A DNA stretch of 64,000 bases from a bacterium (GTDB lineage Bacteria; UBA8248), in the NCBI GenBank assembly GCA_965204535.1, contig CBDBEV010000001.1, forward strand, positions 1,856,001 through 1,920,000, given 5' to 3'. Numbering within the stretch: the first letter of the stretch is position 1; the number at the start of each line of letters is the position of its first letter. Both the position numbers and the translations under genes were made by a program. Positions 21,257 through 32,099 of the stretch are shown in pieces. Under the pieces are notes generated by a model. It was not told the DNA's origin and did not search any database. It saw only the letters and a program-made list of their open reading frames with translations.

Positions 21257-22870
21257 TTGGTGATGCGAGAAAAAAATGAAGGGGCGATGCTCCCGCCTTT
21301 GCTCTCGGCGTGTTTCCTCGCGCTGGCATTCCTGGGTTTTGGCTGCGACGGCGTAGAGTTGTCCGCCCGGGAGTCGATTGCGCCTGAGCAGGGAACGCCT
21401 CGAGACGCCCCTCTCCCCGTCCAAGCCCTCAAGCGAACGCTTTCTGTGACCCCCGCGCCTCCGCCGGAGCGCAAACCGTCCTTTCCGGAGGAGGTTGCGG
21501 CCCCGCCGGAGCCCGAGCCTTCTCCGCCGAGCCGCGCCGAGGCTTTGAGCGCAACGGGAGAATCGGCCTATCGGCAAGAGGATTACAAATTCGCCGAGAA
21601 AAACTTTCGCGAGGCGCTCGTTCATGACCCCGAACGTCTCCATGCCCTCACGGGGCTCGGCTGGACCCTGTACGACTCGAATCGCCCCGATGAGGCCTTT
21701 TTCTTTTTCCGGCGGGCGAACGCGCGCTACCCCGAGAGCGGCAGCGCGCGGCGCGGCCTCGCCTATCTGCTGTATCGCTACGGGCGGCTGAAAGAGGCGA
21801 AGGCGCTGCTCGGCTCGCTCGACAAGACGAGATGGCCCGAACTCGCCAACATCGAACATGAACTCAAGGCGCGCGCCATCAAGGGCCTGCCCCCTCCCCG
21901 GCTCCCGACGGAAAAAAAGGAGGAAGCAAAAGCCGGGGAACCCTCGCCCGAAACCGAAGTGGTCCCGGAAGCATCATCAGCGCCTGAACCCGGGTTGACG
22001 CCGGAAGCGGAGTCAAAACCTGAGCCCGAAGCGCAGCGAAAGCCCGAACCGGAAACCGAAACCGCAAAACTCGCGCCCCCCGAAACAGCCCCCGGGGCGT
22101 TGAAGCCATTGCCGCAGCCGACGAAAGACGCCGCGCCGCCTCCGGTCCGCAAGCCCTCTCTCGAGGGGATGGTGCCGATTCCCGGCGGACGCTTCATGAT
22201 GGGCGTCGAGTTCACCTCCCCGAAACGCTCACGCAGAGGGCGCCGCCGCAGACGCGCGTTCGTCAGGGCGGCCGGCGGCAGGCCCGTCGAAGTCGGACCT
22301 TTCCGTCTGGACAAGTTCGAGGTGACGAACGCGCTTTACGCGGATTTCGTGCGGGCGACAAAGGCCCCCGAGCCTCCGTTTTGGCGCAAGGTCCATTTCA
22401 CGGGCCCCCATCTGCCCGTGGTCGGGATTACCTGGGAGGAGGCGCGCGCCTACTGCGTCTGGGCCGGGAAGCGGCTGCCCACGGAGGCCGAATGGGAATA
22501 CGCCGCCCAGGGCGCGGGCAAGGGCAGGCGGTATCCGTGGGGGAATACGCAACGCGACAGGAACGCCGTTTTCGGCCTGAGCCCGGACGCCGGAGGGCCC
22601 AAGGCCGTGGGAAGGCGACCCGAAGGCGCCAGCGTTCACGGGGTGGAGGATTTGGCCGGAAATGTCTGGGAGTGGGTGGAGGATGAGTTCAGGAACGCGC
22701 CCGATGGCGCCCGGCCGATCACGCAGAACGGCCGCGTGTTCCGGACGCTCAAGGGGGGATCCTGGGTGAACGGGTGGTGGGCGCTCGTCTCATCGCACAG
22801 AACGGGCGACGTTCCCGGGCGCCGATTGCCGGCGTATGGGTTTCGGTGCGCTGCGGATGCGGCGAAATGA
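21257..22870 (+). CDS. Putative lipoprotein with TPR, Pro/Glu-rich linker and FGE-sulfatase (SUMF1-like) domain
   Basis: Lipobox-like LGFGC; TPR-like helices; EVTN, RLPTEAEWEYAA, DLAGNVWEW, GFRC. Confidence 0.8.
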   Translation: MVMREKNEGAMLPPLLSACFLALAFLGFGCDGVELSARESIAPEQGTPRDAPLPVQALKRTLSVTPAPPPERKPSFPEEVAAPPEPEPSPPSRAEALSATGESAYRQEDYKFAEKNFREALVHDPERLHALTGLGWTLYDSNRPDEAFFFFRRANARYPESGSARRGLAYLLYRYGRLKEAKALLGSLDKTRWPELANIEHELKARAIKGLPPPRLPTEKKEEAKAGEPSPETEVVPEASSAPEPGLTPEAESKPEPEAQRKPEPETETAKLAPPETAPGALKPLPQPTKDAAPPPVRKPSLEGMVPIPGGRFMMGVEFTSPKRSRRGRRRRRAFVRAAGGRPVEVGPFRLDKFEVTNALYADFVRATKAPEPPFWRKVHFTGPHLPVVGITWEEARAYCVWAGKRLPTEAEWEYAAQGAGKGRRYPWGNTQRDRNAVFGLSPDAGGPKAVGRRPEGASVHGVEDLAGNVWEWVEDEFRNAPDGARPITQNGRVFRTLKGGSWVNGWWALVSSHRTGDVPGRRLPAYGFRCAADAAK

Positions 22871-22933
22871 GGTATAATACGCGCACATCATTCGAACACA
22901 TACAAAGCGCGACTCCCTGAAAAAGGAGAGACC

Positions 22934-23476
22934 ATGTTTTTAATCAAGACAAGGTTCCCGAAGTTGTTGTTCGCCGTGCTCGGGGTGATTCTTTTGGCGG
23001 CGGGCGCCCAGGCGCAGAGCCTGACGCCGCCGCCGCTGACGCCGCCCGAGGCGCAGCCCGCTTCGCCCGGAGTTGTTCCCGGCCAGCCCCAAGCGGCCCC
23101 GGCCCTGTCGCCGCCCGCGCCCGCGATGCCGCAGCAAGCTCCTCTCACGCCCGCGGAGCCGCAGCGCTCCCTGGATCTCATCGTCACCATCACGCTGGCG
23201 ACGGGGAAATCCGAAACCTTCGCCCGCGAGATCGACCGGCTCGAGCTCATCACTCGCTCTGGCGGAGCGATCGAGATGATCCACCTGCTCCTGGTCACCG
23301 GCGGAGAGCGCAACACGCACGTCTGGTACAACTACGGCCAGGTCGCCAAGCTGAGCTACCGTTTCGTCACCCCCGAGGGGAAGGCGAAGGTGTACGTGCG
23401 TCCGCTACAGGCATCGCCCACGACGAGAGAGCTCACGGACCAGCTTGAACCGTTAAGCCCCCGCGAGTTCCGGTAA
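22934..23476 (+). CDS. Hypothetical exported proline-rich protein
   Basis: RBS AAGGAG, signal peptide ending AQA, Pro-rich N-terminus. Confidence 0.7.
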   Translation: MFLIKTRFPKLLFAVLGVILLAAGAQAQSLTPPPLTPPEAQPASPGVVPGQPQAAPALSPPAPAMPQQAPLTPAEPQRSLDLIVTITLATGKSETFAREIDRLELITRSGGAIEMIHLLLVTGGERNTHVWYNYGQVAKLSYRFVTPEGKAKVYVRPLQASPTTRELTDQLEPLSPREFR

Positions 23477-23487
23477 GGAGCTTTCCG

Positions 23488-24387
23488 GTGAGCGAGAAGG
23501 GCTACGCGAACCCGGGCCTCGCCCTCACGCCCGCGCAACTCGCGGAACGCATCGGCGAACGAAAAGGCGACGACCTCGTCATCATCGATACCCGTCAGGC
23601 GCCGGAGTTTTGCGCGGGCCACATCGAGGGCGCCGCGCACCTGGACCTGTACGGAATCTCGCTCAACGACACCCGACCCCAGGCGCTGGCCGCCTTCACC
23701 TGGATGCTCGCCTATCTCATGGAGATACGGGGCGTCGACTACGACAAGACGGTGGTCTTCTATCAGGAGAACACGGGTTTCCGCTCGGCGCGCGGGTTCT
23801 GGTTCCTTGAATATCTCGGCCACGAGGACGCGCACGTCCTGGACGGCGGCATCGACGCCTGGAAGGCCGCAGGGTTGCCCCTCACGCGCGACGCATGGCC
23901 GATGGCGGGAGGCCCCTACGAGGCGGGAGTCCAGGGCCACAAGCGCATTTTAAGAACCGCGTTCGCGAGCCGTTTGAAGCCTTATGAAGAAGGGCGCATC
24001 GCCACAGCGGATTACATACTGGATCATCTGGGCGATCCGGGCGTTGCGATTCATGATACGCGCTCGGAGGGCGAGTATTTCGCCGAGAACGTCCGGGCCG
24101 CGCGCGGCGGCGCGGTTCCGGGTTCGGTCCACCTCGAATGGAGCGAGGCCATCGCGGCGGACGGATCGCTCAAGCCCGCCTCCGAACTCAAGGGGTTGCT
24201 CGAGCCGAGGGGCCTGACGCCCGACAAGGAAATGGTGCCGCTCTGCCAGGGCGGCTACCGCTCGGCGCACGCCTACCTCGTCTATCGCTTGCTGGGCTAC
24301 CCGAGGATCAGGAACTATCTCGGCTCCTGGAAGGAATGGGGCGACAGGGAAGATTTACCCATCGAAGTCCCCCGAAGAAGCGCCTAG
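23488..24387 (+). CDS. Tandem-domain rhodanese/sulfurtransferase
   Basis: GHIEGA, LDGG...W, CQGGYRS active site, YLGSWKEWG. Confidence 0.9.
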   Translation: MSEKGYANPGLALTPAQLAERIGERKGDDLVIIDTRQAPEFCAGHIEGAAHLDLYGISLNDTRPQALAAFTWMLAYLMEIRGVDYDKTVVFYQENTGFRSARGFWFLEYLGHEDAHVLDGGIDAWKAAGLPLTRDAWPMAGGPYEAGVQGHKRILRTAFASRLKPYEEGRIATADYILDHLGDPGVAIHDTRSEGEYFAENVRAARGGAVPGSVHLEWSEAIAADGSLKPASELKGLLEPRGLTPDKEMVPLCQGGYRSAHAYLVYRLLGYPRIRNYLGSWKEWGDREDLPIEVPRRSA

Positions 24388-24902
24388 CCGCCTTTCAGGA
24401 CGCGCACGAGCGTTTGAGCGACGACGCCCGCCACGGGCGGAATCCAGAACACGGCCATTACGCGGAACATGAAGAACTCCGATCCGAGGATGGGGATTTC
24501 ATACGCGAACGCGCGCACCGGGCCGATCAGGGCCGCTGAGGTGAGCATCGTTATCATCGGCCCGAAGCCCGCACCCCCCTGCAGAAGCCCGGCCACGAGC
24601 GGATAGAGGACGAAGGGCGCGCCCATGGGGAACATGAACCCCGCCAGCCATCCGACGAAGATGCCGCGCCAGCCGGAGCGATCGGAGAGCCAGTTCTGCA
24701 GAATCTCCTTCGGCAGGACGTCGGCCACGAGCGCGCCGATGAACATGCCGATTATGAGCTTGGGAAGAATGTTCACGATGAGGCTTCCCGCGCGGCCCGC
24801 GGGAGCCCAGGGCAGCTCGCCGGATTTCTGATACGCCAGAAACGCCAGGAGCAGCGCAATGCTCGCGAGAAAAAGAGAAGTCTTGTCGAAAATGCCGGAC
24901 AT
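24384..24902 (-). CDS. Small permease-like membrane protein
   Basis: Several hydrophobic segments; PMGAPFVLYP...GAGFGP pattern resembling DUF318/ArsP-like permeases. Confidence 0.6.
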   Translation of the reverse strand: MSGIFDKTSLFLASIALLLAFLAYQKSGELPWAPAGRAGSLIVNILPKLIIGMFIGALVADVLPKEILQNWLSDRSGWRGIFVGWLAGFMFPMGAPFVLYPLVAGLLQGGAGFGPMITMLTSAALIGPVRAFAYEIPILGSEFFMFRVMAVFWIPPVAGVVAQTLVRVLKGG

Positions 24903-25031
24903 GTTCGTTCCTCATAGAAAGCGGGTTGCAACAAGAAGCCGGGAGGAGCCCCTCGGCAGGAACCGCGAGTATAGCCCCAAGGGCGCGCGGAGTGAACCTT
25001 CTCGGCGAGGAATCGGAGGCCCCTGTTTTCC

Positions 25032-26351
25032 ATGATTTCAAGGGAGGGAAAATTGGCGGGAGCGTATCTCACCGGTTCCGTGCCCGGCACAGGCGGGCGT
25101 CTGCGCGCGAGGCCGGAGGATTTTCGCGTGGAGGAGATTCCGCTCGCGCCACCGAGCGGCGACGGGGAACATCTGCACTTGTGGGTGGAGAAGCGTGGTG
25201 TCTCGACCATAGAGGCGCTGCGCGCCTTGCGCCGCGCGCTGGGCGTATCCGGGACGGAAGCAGGCTATGCGGGACTCAAAGACGCCAATGCGGTGACGAG
25301 GCAGTGGTTTTCCTTCAGGACGGAAACGCGAGGGATTCCGGGCGCCGCATCGAAACTTGAACAAAGAGGCATCCGGGTTCTTCAGGCGGCGCGCTCCCGG
25401 AGCCGCATCAGGCGGGGGGCGCTCTCGGGCAATCGCTTCGAGATATTCGTTCGGGACGTCGCGCCGGATGCGGAGGAAAGGGCGCGAGAGATTCTGGATC
25501 ATCTCGTTGCGCGGGGATTGCCCAACGCGTTCGGCGATCAGAGGTTCGGGGTTCACGGCCATACGGCGCGAGTCGGCTTCGCGCTCGCGAGGGAAGACTG
25601 GCGAGGCGTTCTCGATGCGCTCCTGGGCAGCGCGAGATTTGCATCCATGCGAAACGATGCGGACGAGCGCTTGCTGGAAGCCGCCCGCAGGTATGAGGCG
25701 GGTGAGTTCCAGAGGGCGAGAGAGCTCTACCCTCCCTCGTGGGAGGCGGAGAGGCGCGCGCTCGCCCGCCTGGAAAAAGGGGCTTCGCCACGGCAGGTGA
25801 CGGCTTCGATTCCCGCCAGAGAGCGGGTCTTGTATGGCGGCGCGTTCCAGGCTTGCGTGTTCAACTCGTGTCTCGCGAGAAGACTCGAAGCGCGCGTGCA
25901 CGATCGTCTCTGGGCGGGCGACGTGGTTTTTCACCACGAAACGGGCAAGACCAGGAGGGTGGGCGCGCCCGAGGCGGAGGAGCGCTCGCTGGCGCGATTC
26001 GAGGTGAGCCCGGCGGGACCGCTGATTGGCCGGAAACTCGTCGAAGCCCGGGGGGAGGCGGGAAAACTCGAGCGAAGCGTGCTAGACTCCCTCGGCGTCG
26101 GAGGCCCGGGTACGCTCGACGGGCTTGAGAAGCTGAAACTTCATGGCTCCAGGCGCCCGTATCGTGTACAAATAAAGGAACTGAGCCTGAGGCCGGAAAA
26201 GGAGGGCTTGCGCCTCAAGTTCACCTTGCCGCCGGGGTCCTATGCGAGCGAGGTATTGCGGGAGTTGACGAAGAACGAACCTCCGGTGGGCGCCGTCACG
26301 CGCATCGGAGGCGATCGCCGAGCGGAACCATCCGCTTCGTGGGGGAGGTAG
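25032..26351 (+). CDS. truD: tRNA pseudouridine(13) synthase TruD
   Basis: PEDFRVEE, GYAGLKDANAVTRQWFS, GNRF, PNAFGDQRFG, FTLPPGSYA. Confidence 0.93.
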   Translation: MISREGKLAGAYLTGSVPGTGGRLRARPEDFRVEEIPLAPPSGDGEHLHLWVEKRGVSTIEALRALRRALGVSGTEAGYAGLKDANAVTRQWFSFRTETRGIPGAASKLEQRGIRVLQAARSRSRIRRGALSGNRFEIFVRDVAPDAEERAREILDHLVARGLPNAFGDQRFGVHGHTARVGFALAREDWRGVLDALLGSARFASMRNDADERLLEAARRYEAGEFQRARELYPPSWEAERRALARLEKGASPRQVTASIPARERVLYGGAFQACVFNSCLARRLEARVHDRLWAGDVVFHHETGKTRRVGAPEAEERSLARFEVSPAGPLIGRKLVEARGEAGKLERSVLDSLGVGGPGTLDGLEKLKLHGSRRPYRVQIKELSLRPEKEGLRLKFTLPPGSYASEVLRELTKNEPPVGAVTRIGGDRRAEPSASWGR

Positions 26352-26357
26352 TGAATC

Positions 26358-27260
26358 ATGAAGGTTTTTTTGACGGGCGGAACTGGATATGTCGGCGGCA
26401 CGCTTCTTTCGCTTCTCTCTTTGGCGGGCCATGAGACGAGGGTGCTCTCTCGCGACCCCGAACCGGCGAGGCAGCGCCTCACCTCGATGAGCGGGGCCTT
26501 TCCCGTGCGCGGCGACATCACGGAGTATTCGGTCGACCAACTCGCCGAGTTGATGAAGAAACAAGACGCCGTGATTCACCTGGTGGGCATCATCATCGAG
26601 AAGGGAACACCCGGCTTCGAGGCGGTTCATACCGAGGGAACGCGCCGCATGGTCGCCGCCGCCGAGCAGGCGGGGGTGAAGCGTTTCGTGCACATGAGCG
26701 CCCTGGGCACGCGGGAGAACGCCGTCGCCCGGTACCATAAATCCAAATATGCCGCCGAGCAGTTCGTTCGCGAGAGCGATCTGGACTGGACGATATTCAG
26801 ACCCTCCATCATCTTCGGTGAGAACGACGAGTTCCTGAACACCTTCGCCGGCATCGCGCGTATGGCGCCCGCCCTTCCCCTCATCGGCGGAGGAAACGGC
26901 AAGCTCCAGCCCATCTGGGTGGAGGACGTGTGCCGTTGTTTCGCGCAATGCCTCACCATGCCCGAGACCATCGGACAGACTTACGACATGGGCGGAGACA
27001 CCGCGTACCCGGTCAGGGAGATTCTCTCCATGCTGGTGAAGGCGATGGGCAAGAAGAGGCTGCTCGCGCCCCTGCCCGTCTCCATCGCGCGCTTGCAGGC
27101 CAAACTGTTCAACCTGCTCCCGATGAAGCCCCCCTTCACCGAGGATCAGATAACGATGCTGGGCGAGGACAACGTGTGCGACCCGGCGCCCATGAAAGAA
27201 GCCTTCGGCCTCACGCCCAGAACGCTCGAGAATTATCTGGGGGATCACTTCGGCAGGTAG
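26358..27260 (+). CDS. NDUFA9-like NAD-dependent epimerase/dehydratase (atypical SDR)
   Basis: TGGTGYVG, HLVGII, HMSALG, YHKSK, RPSIIFG, LQPIWVEDV. Confidence 0.85.
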   Translation: MKVFLTGGTGYVGGTLLSLLSLAGHETRVLSRDPEPARQRLTSMSGAFPVRGDITEYSVDQLAELMKKQDAVIHLVGIIIEKGTPGFEAVHTEGTRRMVAAAEQAGVKRFVHMSALGTRENAVARYHKSKYAAEQFVRESDLDWTIFRPSIIFGENDEFLNTFAGIARMAPALPLIGGGNGKLQPIWVEDVCRCFAQCLTMPETIGQTYDMGGDTAYPVREILSMLVKAMGKKRLLAPLPVSIARLQAKLFNLLPMKPPFTEDQITMLGEDNVCDPAPMKEAFGLTPRTLENYLGDHFGR

Positions 27261-27303
27261 GCTTCAGGGAACAGATCCATCAAGCGGGCGGCGCCCCCGG
27301 GCC

Positions 27304-28455
27304 TCAGCCCTCGCCTTGTTTTCCCTCTAAATTGCGGAGCGCGCTTTCAGCCGCGCGCCATGCGGCGCGCTGGGCGGTGGAGACGGCCAGCGCGCGAAAA
27401 TCCTCCCCGGACGCCCAGAGCCGTCCGTCTTGGTTTGCTTGCGGCGCGCCCTTCTCGAAATTTTCCGCCAGGTGTACGACGAACAGAATCTTTCTGTGGG
27501 TGAGCGTTCGGGTGGTTCTGGCGAGTTCGCGTCCCGGCCGCCAGCCCGTCCCGAGAAGTTCGGCGCACTGCGTTCTCAGGCGGCGGGGGGCAATCTTCTC
27601 GTGGTGGCCCTCCACCATGAAGCCGGGCAGCTCCCACATACCTCCGAAAAGGCCGGTTTTCTCCCTTTGGGCCAGAAGAACCAATCCGTCCCGCTCCGCC
27701 CGGAACTGAAAAAAAGTATATGGCGCGGGCGGTTTTTTGGCGGCTTTCACCGGCAGGGCGTTCTGGGTTCCGGCATTGTGGCCTGCGCAGTGAGCGCGGA
27801 CGGGGCATCGCGCGCAACCAGGGGTTTTGGGAAGGCAGATTCGGGCGCCCAAATCCATCAGCGCCTGGTTGAAGTCGCCGGGCCTTGCGCGCGGAACCAG
27901 CGCCTGCGTTTCCTCGTGGATGGTTTTTTGTGCAGGGGGCATGTCGATAGGTGTCGAGATGTTGAGAATCCGGCTCATGATTCTCAAGACGTTTCCGTCG
28001 ATGGCCGCGCAACGCTCCCCGAAGGCGATGCTGGCGATGGCCCCCGCCATGTAGGGGCCGACCCCCGGCAGGGCCAAAAGCGCATCGCGCGTCTCGGGCA
28101 TCGCGCCCCCGCCTTGGCCCATCACCTCCTGTGCGGCGCGGTGCAGGTTCCTCACACGGCTGTAATAACCGAGCCCCTGCCATTCGGCCAATACGGCGTC
28201 CAGGGGCGCGTCGGCCATGGCGGCGAGGGTGGGAAACCGCTCGATGAAGGCGGGATAACGCAGCCGGACGGTCTCCGCCCGGGTCTGCTGGAGCATGGCC
28301 TCCGACACCCATATCCGGTAGGGGTCTTTCTCCCCGCGCCAGGGGAGTTCTCTTTTCTCCCGCTCGTACCACCCCAGGATGCGCTTTCTGAACTTTCTGC
28401 GCTCCGGGGGAGTGAAACGCAGGCTCTCGGGCATGTTTTTCGTTTTGTTTGACAT
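27304..28455 (-). CDS. mutY: A/G-specific adenine glycosylase MutY
   Basis: RELPWR, WVSEAMLQQT, WQGLGYY, LPGVGPY, IDGNV, Fe-S cysteine cluster. Confidence 0.95.
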   Translation of the reverse strand: MSNKTKNMPESLRFTPPERRKFRKRILGWYEREKRELPWRGEKDPYRIWVSEAMLQQTRAETVRLRYPAFIERFPTLAAMADAPLDAVLAEWQGLGYYSRVRNLHRAAQEVMGQGGGAMPETRDALLALPGVGPYMAGAIASIAFGERCAAIDGNVLRIMSRILNISTPIDMPPAQKTIHEETQALVPRARPGDFNQALMDLGARICLPKTPGCARCPVRAHCAGHNAGTQNALPVKAAKKPPAPYTFFQFRAERDGLVLLAQREKTGLFGGMWELPGFMVEGHHEKIAPRRLRTQCAELLGTGWRPGRELARTTRTLTHRKILFVVHLAENFEKGAPQANQDGRLWASGEDFRALAVSTAQRAAWRAAESALRNLEGKQGEG

Positions 28456-28530
28456 GCGTCGGACCAGCCGTTATCAAGCGTATTAGGGTTTCCAAAGACG
28501 GCGCTCGAAGTTTCGGGGTAATGATAGAAC

Positions 28531-29700
28531 ATGAGCGTGGCGATCAAAAACGGATGGCGCATCAGGTGGATGGCGACGCTGGCAGCCTTTTTTTGCGTCT
28601 GCGGGTGGGCCGGGGATGCGGCCCCGGCCGACAGGATCGTCGTCGGCCTCGCGCTCGATCTCTCGGGCCCGGGTGCTTCCGGGGGGCGCGAGGCCCGAAA
28701 CGCGCTTTTGCTTGAGATGGCGCGAATCAACCGCCGGGGCGTCGCCGGCGGACGCATTTTTCTCCTCACTCTCGACACCAGGGGAAGCCCCGAGGGGGCG
28801 GCCGCCGCAGTTCGCGAACTTGCCCGAAAGCATGAAGCCGTCGCCGTGATCGGGCCCGTCGAGCATTACGCCGCCATCGCCGCCGCCGAAGCGGCGCAAG
28901 AAGAACGGGTGCCGCTTTTCACGTTGTCCGCGCCCGAGGAGATTCTCGTCCCGGTCCGTCAGTGGGTTTTCTCCACCGCAAGGCCCGCGTCGCTGCCCGT
29001 TCGCTTGATACTGGGACACTTGAAAAGCAGAGGAATCAAGCGCGCGGCGATGCTGGGTTCCTCCGTGGGATACGGCACGGAGGGACGGGAGCAGATCACC
29101 GCGCTCGCGCCCGATTTCGGCGTATCCATCCTCCTGAACGAATCCTTCAAGCCGGGCGAGCATAATTTTCTGCCCTTCTTGAAGCGCGCCTCCCTGCGCG
29201 GCGTCGGGGCCTTCGTGCACTGGGCCAGGGGAAGATATCGTGTGGACCTGGTGCGCGCCCGCATGGCGCTCGATCTCGATATGCCGCTCTATCTCTCTCA
29301 GGCGTCGCCCGGAATGTTCGGCCCCAAAGGCGGGGGACGGGCCGCCGAGGGCGTAGTGTTCCCGGCCTCGTGGATCACGGCGGCCCATCTTCTGGAGGAA
29401 TCCCATCCCGCCAAGAAAGACCTCGCCGCGTTTCGCGATGAGTTCCTGAAGGCCTACAGGAGCGCGCCGGGAGAGACGGCGGCCGCCGCCGTCGATGCGC
29501 TGCGCATTCTGGCGTGGTCCGCCCGGGGCGTGGGCGCCAACCGGGCGAGAATCCCCGCAGGCGTCGAAGGGGCGCGCTATTTTATGGGGCTGAACGGAAC
29601 TTACGGCTTTTCCAAAAACGACCACAACGGCCAGGATACCGACTCCCTCGCCTTGGTGCGCATCGTGAAAGGCAAGTGGGAATTGGTGAAGGGGAGGTAG
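28531..29700 (+). CDS. Branched-chain amino acid-type ABC substrate-binding protein (orphan)
   Basis: DLSGPGA, INRRGVAG, LDT, VIGP motifs of LivJ/K-type binding proteins; signal peptide. Confidence 0.8.
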   Translation: MSVAIKNGWRIRWMATLAAFFCVCGWAGDAAPADRIVVGLALDLSGPGASGGREARNALLLEMARINRRGVAGGRIFLLTLDTRGSPEGAAAAVRELARKHEAVAVIGPVEHYAAIAAAEAAQEERVPLFTLSAPEEILVPVRQWVFSTARPASLPVRLILGHLKSRGIKRAAMLGSSVGYGTEGREQITALAPDFGVSILLNESFKPGEHNFLPFLKRASLRGVGAFVHWARGRYRVDLVRARMALDLDMPLYLSQASPGMFGPKGGGRAAEGVVFPASWITAAHLLEESHPAKKDLAAFRDEFLKAYRSAPGETAAAAVDALRILAWSARGVGANRARIPAGVEGARYFMGLNGTYGFSKNDHNGQDTDSLALVRIVKGKWELVKGR

Positions 29701-29783
29701 GGAGCGGCGCCTTTGGCGGGAAAGCACATAGCTGACGACGATTGCCCATCCCCTCTTAATCGTTGATTTCACGTTCGAAACCC

Positions 29784-29850
29784 TTGACAGAAACCCGTTT
29801 GGGGCGTATATATGCGACTGGATGGGTCGGCGACCATTTGGGTCGCATTT
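29784..29850 (+). promoter_or_regulatory. Sigma70-like promoter and tandem IscR-like operators
   Basis: TTGACA (29784)-17 bp-TATATA (29807); then GCGACTGGATGGGTCGG and CGACCATTTGGGTCGC (GAC-N7-GTC twice). Confidence 0.6.
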
Positions 29851-29927
29851 AGTGGGGAAAGACGCCGTCAGCTTCCAAATGGTCGGATTTGACCGATAAT
29901 CCTGTATAATTCAAGGCGGTATGCGGA

Positions 29928-30353
29928 ATGTTCACGATTGCGAAGCGCACGGATTACGGCTTGATGGCTCTTTGCTACCTCGCGGAGTGCGAGGAGGAAG
30001 GATCCATCACCTCGCGCGCCATCGCGGAGCGGTTCCGCATTCCCGCCGAGTTGCTCGCGAAGACGATGCAGCTTCTGGCCAAAAACGACCTCGTGGAGTC
30101 GAGAAACGGCCCCAAGGGCGGCTACGTTCTCTCGCGCAGGCCCGAGACCATCTCGGTGGCCGAGGTCATCCGGGCGATTGAGGGGCCCATTGCGATGGCG
30201 ACGTGTCAGATCGGCGACGCCACAGGCTGTGAACAATACGAGAAATGCACCATTTTTTATCCCATGGAAAGGATCCAGAAAAAGGTGACCGACGTGCTTG
30301 AAGGAATGACCCTTCAGGACATGGTGGGTACGCCGGCAGGAGAGATCAGATGA
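29928..30353 (+). CDS. iscR: Rrf2 family Fe-S regulator (IscR-like)
   Basis: [23 protein letters not shown], three Cys ([15 protein letters not shown]); first gene of the isc operon. Confidence 0.8.
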   Translation: MFTIAKRTDYGLMALCYLAECEEEGSITSRAIAERFRIPAELLAKTMQLLAKNDLVESRNGPKGGYVLSRRPETISVAEVIRAIEGPIAMATCQIGDATGCEQYEKCTIFYPMERIQKKVTDVLEGMTLQDMVGTPAGEIR

Positions 30354-31570
30354 GCTTGAAGTTCCCCATCTATATGGACTACCAGGCGACGACGCCCATG
30401 GACCCGCGCGTCCTCGAGGAGATGAATCCCTACTTCGACGACAAGTTCGGAAACGCCGCGAGCCGCAACCACAGCTTCGGCTGGGAGGCGGAGAAGGCCG
30501 TGGACGACGCCCGGGAGAAGCTCGCCGCCGTCATCGGCGCGGACCCGCGCGAGATCATCTTCACGAGCGGGGCCACGGAATCGGACAACATGGCGCTCAA
30601 GGGCGTCGCCGAGATGTACAAGAAAAAAGGCAACCACATCGTCACCTCGGCGATCGAGCACAAGGCCATCATCGACTCCGCCAAGCGCCTGGAGACGTGG
30701 GGTTTCGACGTCACCTACATCGAGCCTCCCGAGGACGGCATCACGACGGCGGAGATGGTCGAGAACGCCCTGCGCGACGACACCATACTCGTCTCCATCA
30801 TGGCGGCGAACAACGAGGTCGGCGTGCTGAACCCCATCGCCGAGATCGGCGCGCTGTGCCGGGGCCGCGGCATCCTCTTCCACACCGACGCCACGCAGGG
30901 CTACGGCAAGATTCCCATCGACGTGGACGAGATGAACATCGACCTCCTCTCGGCCACCGCCCACAAGGTATACGGGCCCAAGGGCGTGGGGTTGATTTAC
31001 GTGCGCAGGCGCAGGCCGCGCGTGAGGCTATCGGCCATCATCGACGGCGGCGGCCATGAGCGTGGAATGCGCTCGGGCACGCTGAACGTCTCGGGCATCG
31101 TCGGCTTCGGCAAGGCGGCCGAGTTGTGCATGGAGGAGATGGAAGAAGAGAACATCCGCCTGACGAACCTGCGCGACAAGTTCAAGGCCACCATGTTCGA
31201 GAGCCTGGAAGAAGTGTACGTGAACGGCCATGAGACCGAGCGCCTCTCGGGCAACCTGAACCTGAGCTTCCCCTACGTGGAGGGTGAATCGCTCATCATG
31301 GGACTGAGCGACGTGGCCGTATCCTCGGGTTCGGCCTGCACCTCGGCGAGCCTGGAACCGAGCTATGTGCTCAAGTCCATGGGCCGGGGCGACGAGTTGG
31401 CGCATTCGTCGATTCGCTACGGCTTCGGCCGCTTCACCACCGAGGAGGAGATAGACTACGTGGCCGAGAAGACGACGGACATCGTGAACCGGCTTCGCGA
31501 GATGAGCCCGCTTTATGAGATGGTGAAAGAGGGCGTGGACCTCTCCAAGGTGGAATGGCAGTCGCATTAA
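30350..31570 (+). CDS. iscS: Cysteine desulfurase IscS
   Basis: [35 protein letters not shown]. Confidence 0.96.
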   Translation: MSLKFPIYMDYQATTPMDPRVLEEMNPYFDDKFGNAASRNHSFGWEAEKAVDDAREKLAAVIGADPREIIFTSGATESDNMALKGVAEMYKKKGNHIVTSAIEHKAIIDSAKRLETWGFDVTYIEPPEDGITTAEMVENALRDDTILVSIMAANNEVGVLNPIAEIGALCRGRGILFHTDATQGYGKIPIDVDEMNIDLLSATAHKVYGPKGVGLIYVRRRRPRVRLSAIIDGGGHERGMRSGTLNVSGIVGFGKAAELCMEEMEEENIRLTNLRDKFKATMFESLEEVYVNGHETERLSGNLNLSFPYVEGESLIMGLSDVAVSSGSACTSASLEPSYVLKSMGRGDELAHSSIRYGFGRFTTEEEIDYVAEKTTDIVNRLREMSPLYEMVKEGVDLSKVEWQSH

Positions 31571-31654
31571 AGGAGCGTTGAGCTTATTTTGATATAGAGC
31601 CTGCGGCTCACAGAAATCCGGAATCGCAGCAACTGGAAAGAGGAGAACGGGAAA

Positions 31655-32068
31655 ATGGCTTACAGCGACAAGGTTGTCGATCACTACAACAACCCGCGCA
31701 ACGTCGGCTCGCTCGACAAGAGCGACCAGACGGTGGGCACGGGCATCGTCGGCGCGCCCGAATGCGGCGACGTGATGAAGCTGCAGATCAAGGTGGACGA
31801 TGGCGGCCTCATCGAGGATGCGAAGTTCAAGACCTTCGGCTGCGGAAGCGCCATCGCATCGAGCTCCCTGGCCACGGAGTGGCTCAAGGGCAAGACGGTG
31901 GACGAGGCCGAGGAGATCAAGAACACGCAGATCGTCGAGGAGTTGAACCTCCCGCCGGTGAAGATCCACTGTTCCGTGCTGGCCGAAGACGCCATCAAGA
32001 CCGCGCTGAACGATTTTCGCGAGAAAAACGGGATGCCGGTCGTCGAGCGCAAGGGCCACCACCACTAG
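31655..32068 (+). CDS. iscU: Fe-S scaffold IscU
   Basis: GAPECGDVM, KTFGCGSAIASSS, LPPVKIHCS. Confidence 0.97.
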   Translation: MAYSDKVVDHYNNPRNVGSLDKSDQTVGTGIVGAPECGDVMKLQIKVDDGGLIEDAKFKTFGCGSAIASSSLATEWLKGKTVDEAEEIKNTQIVEELNLPPVKIHCSVLAEDAIKTALNDFREKNGMPVVERKGHHH

Positions 32069-32099
32069 AAGCGGGCGATTCGCGTGTAAGGGGCAGGAA

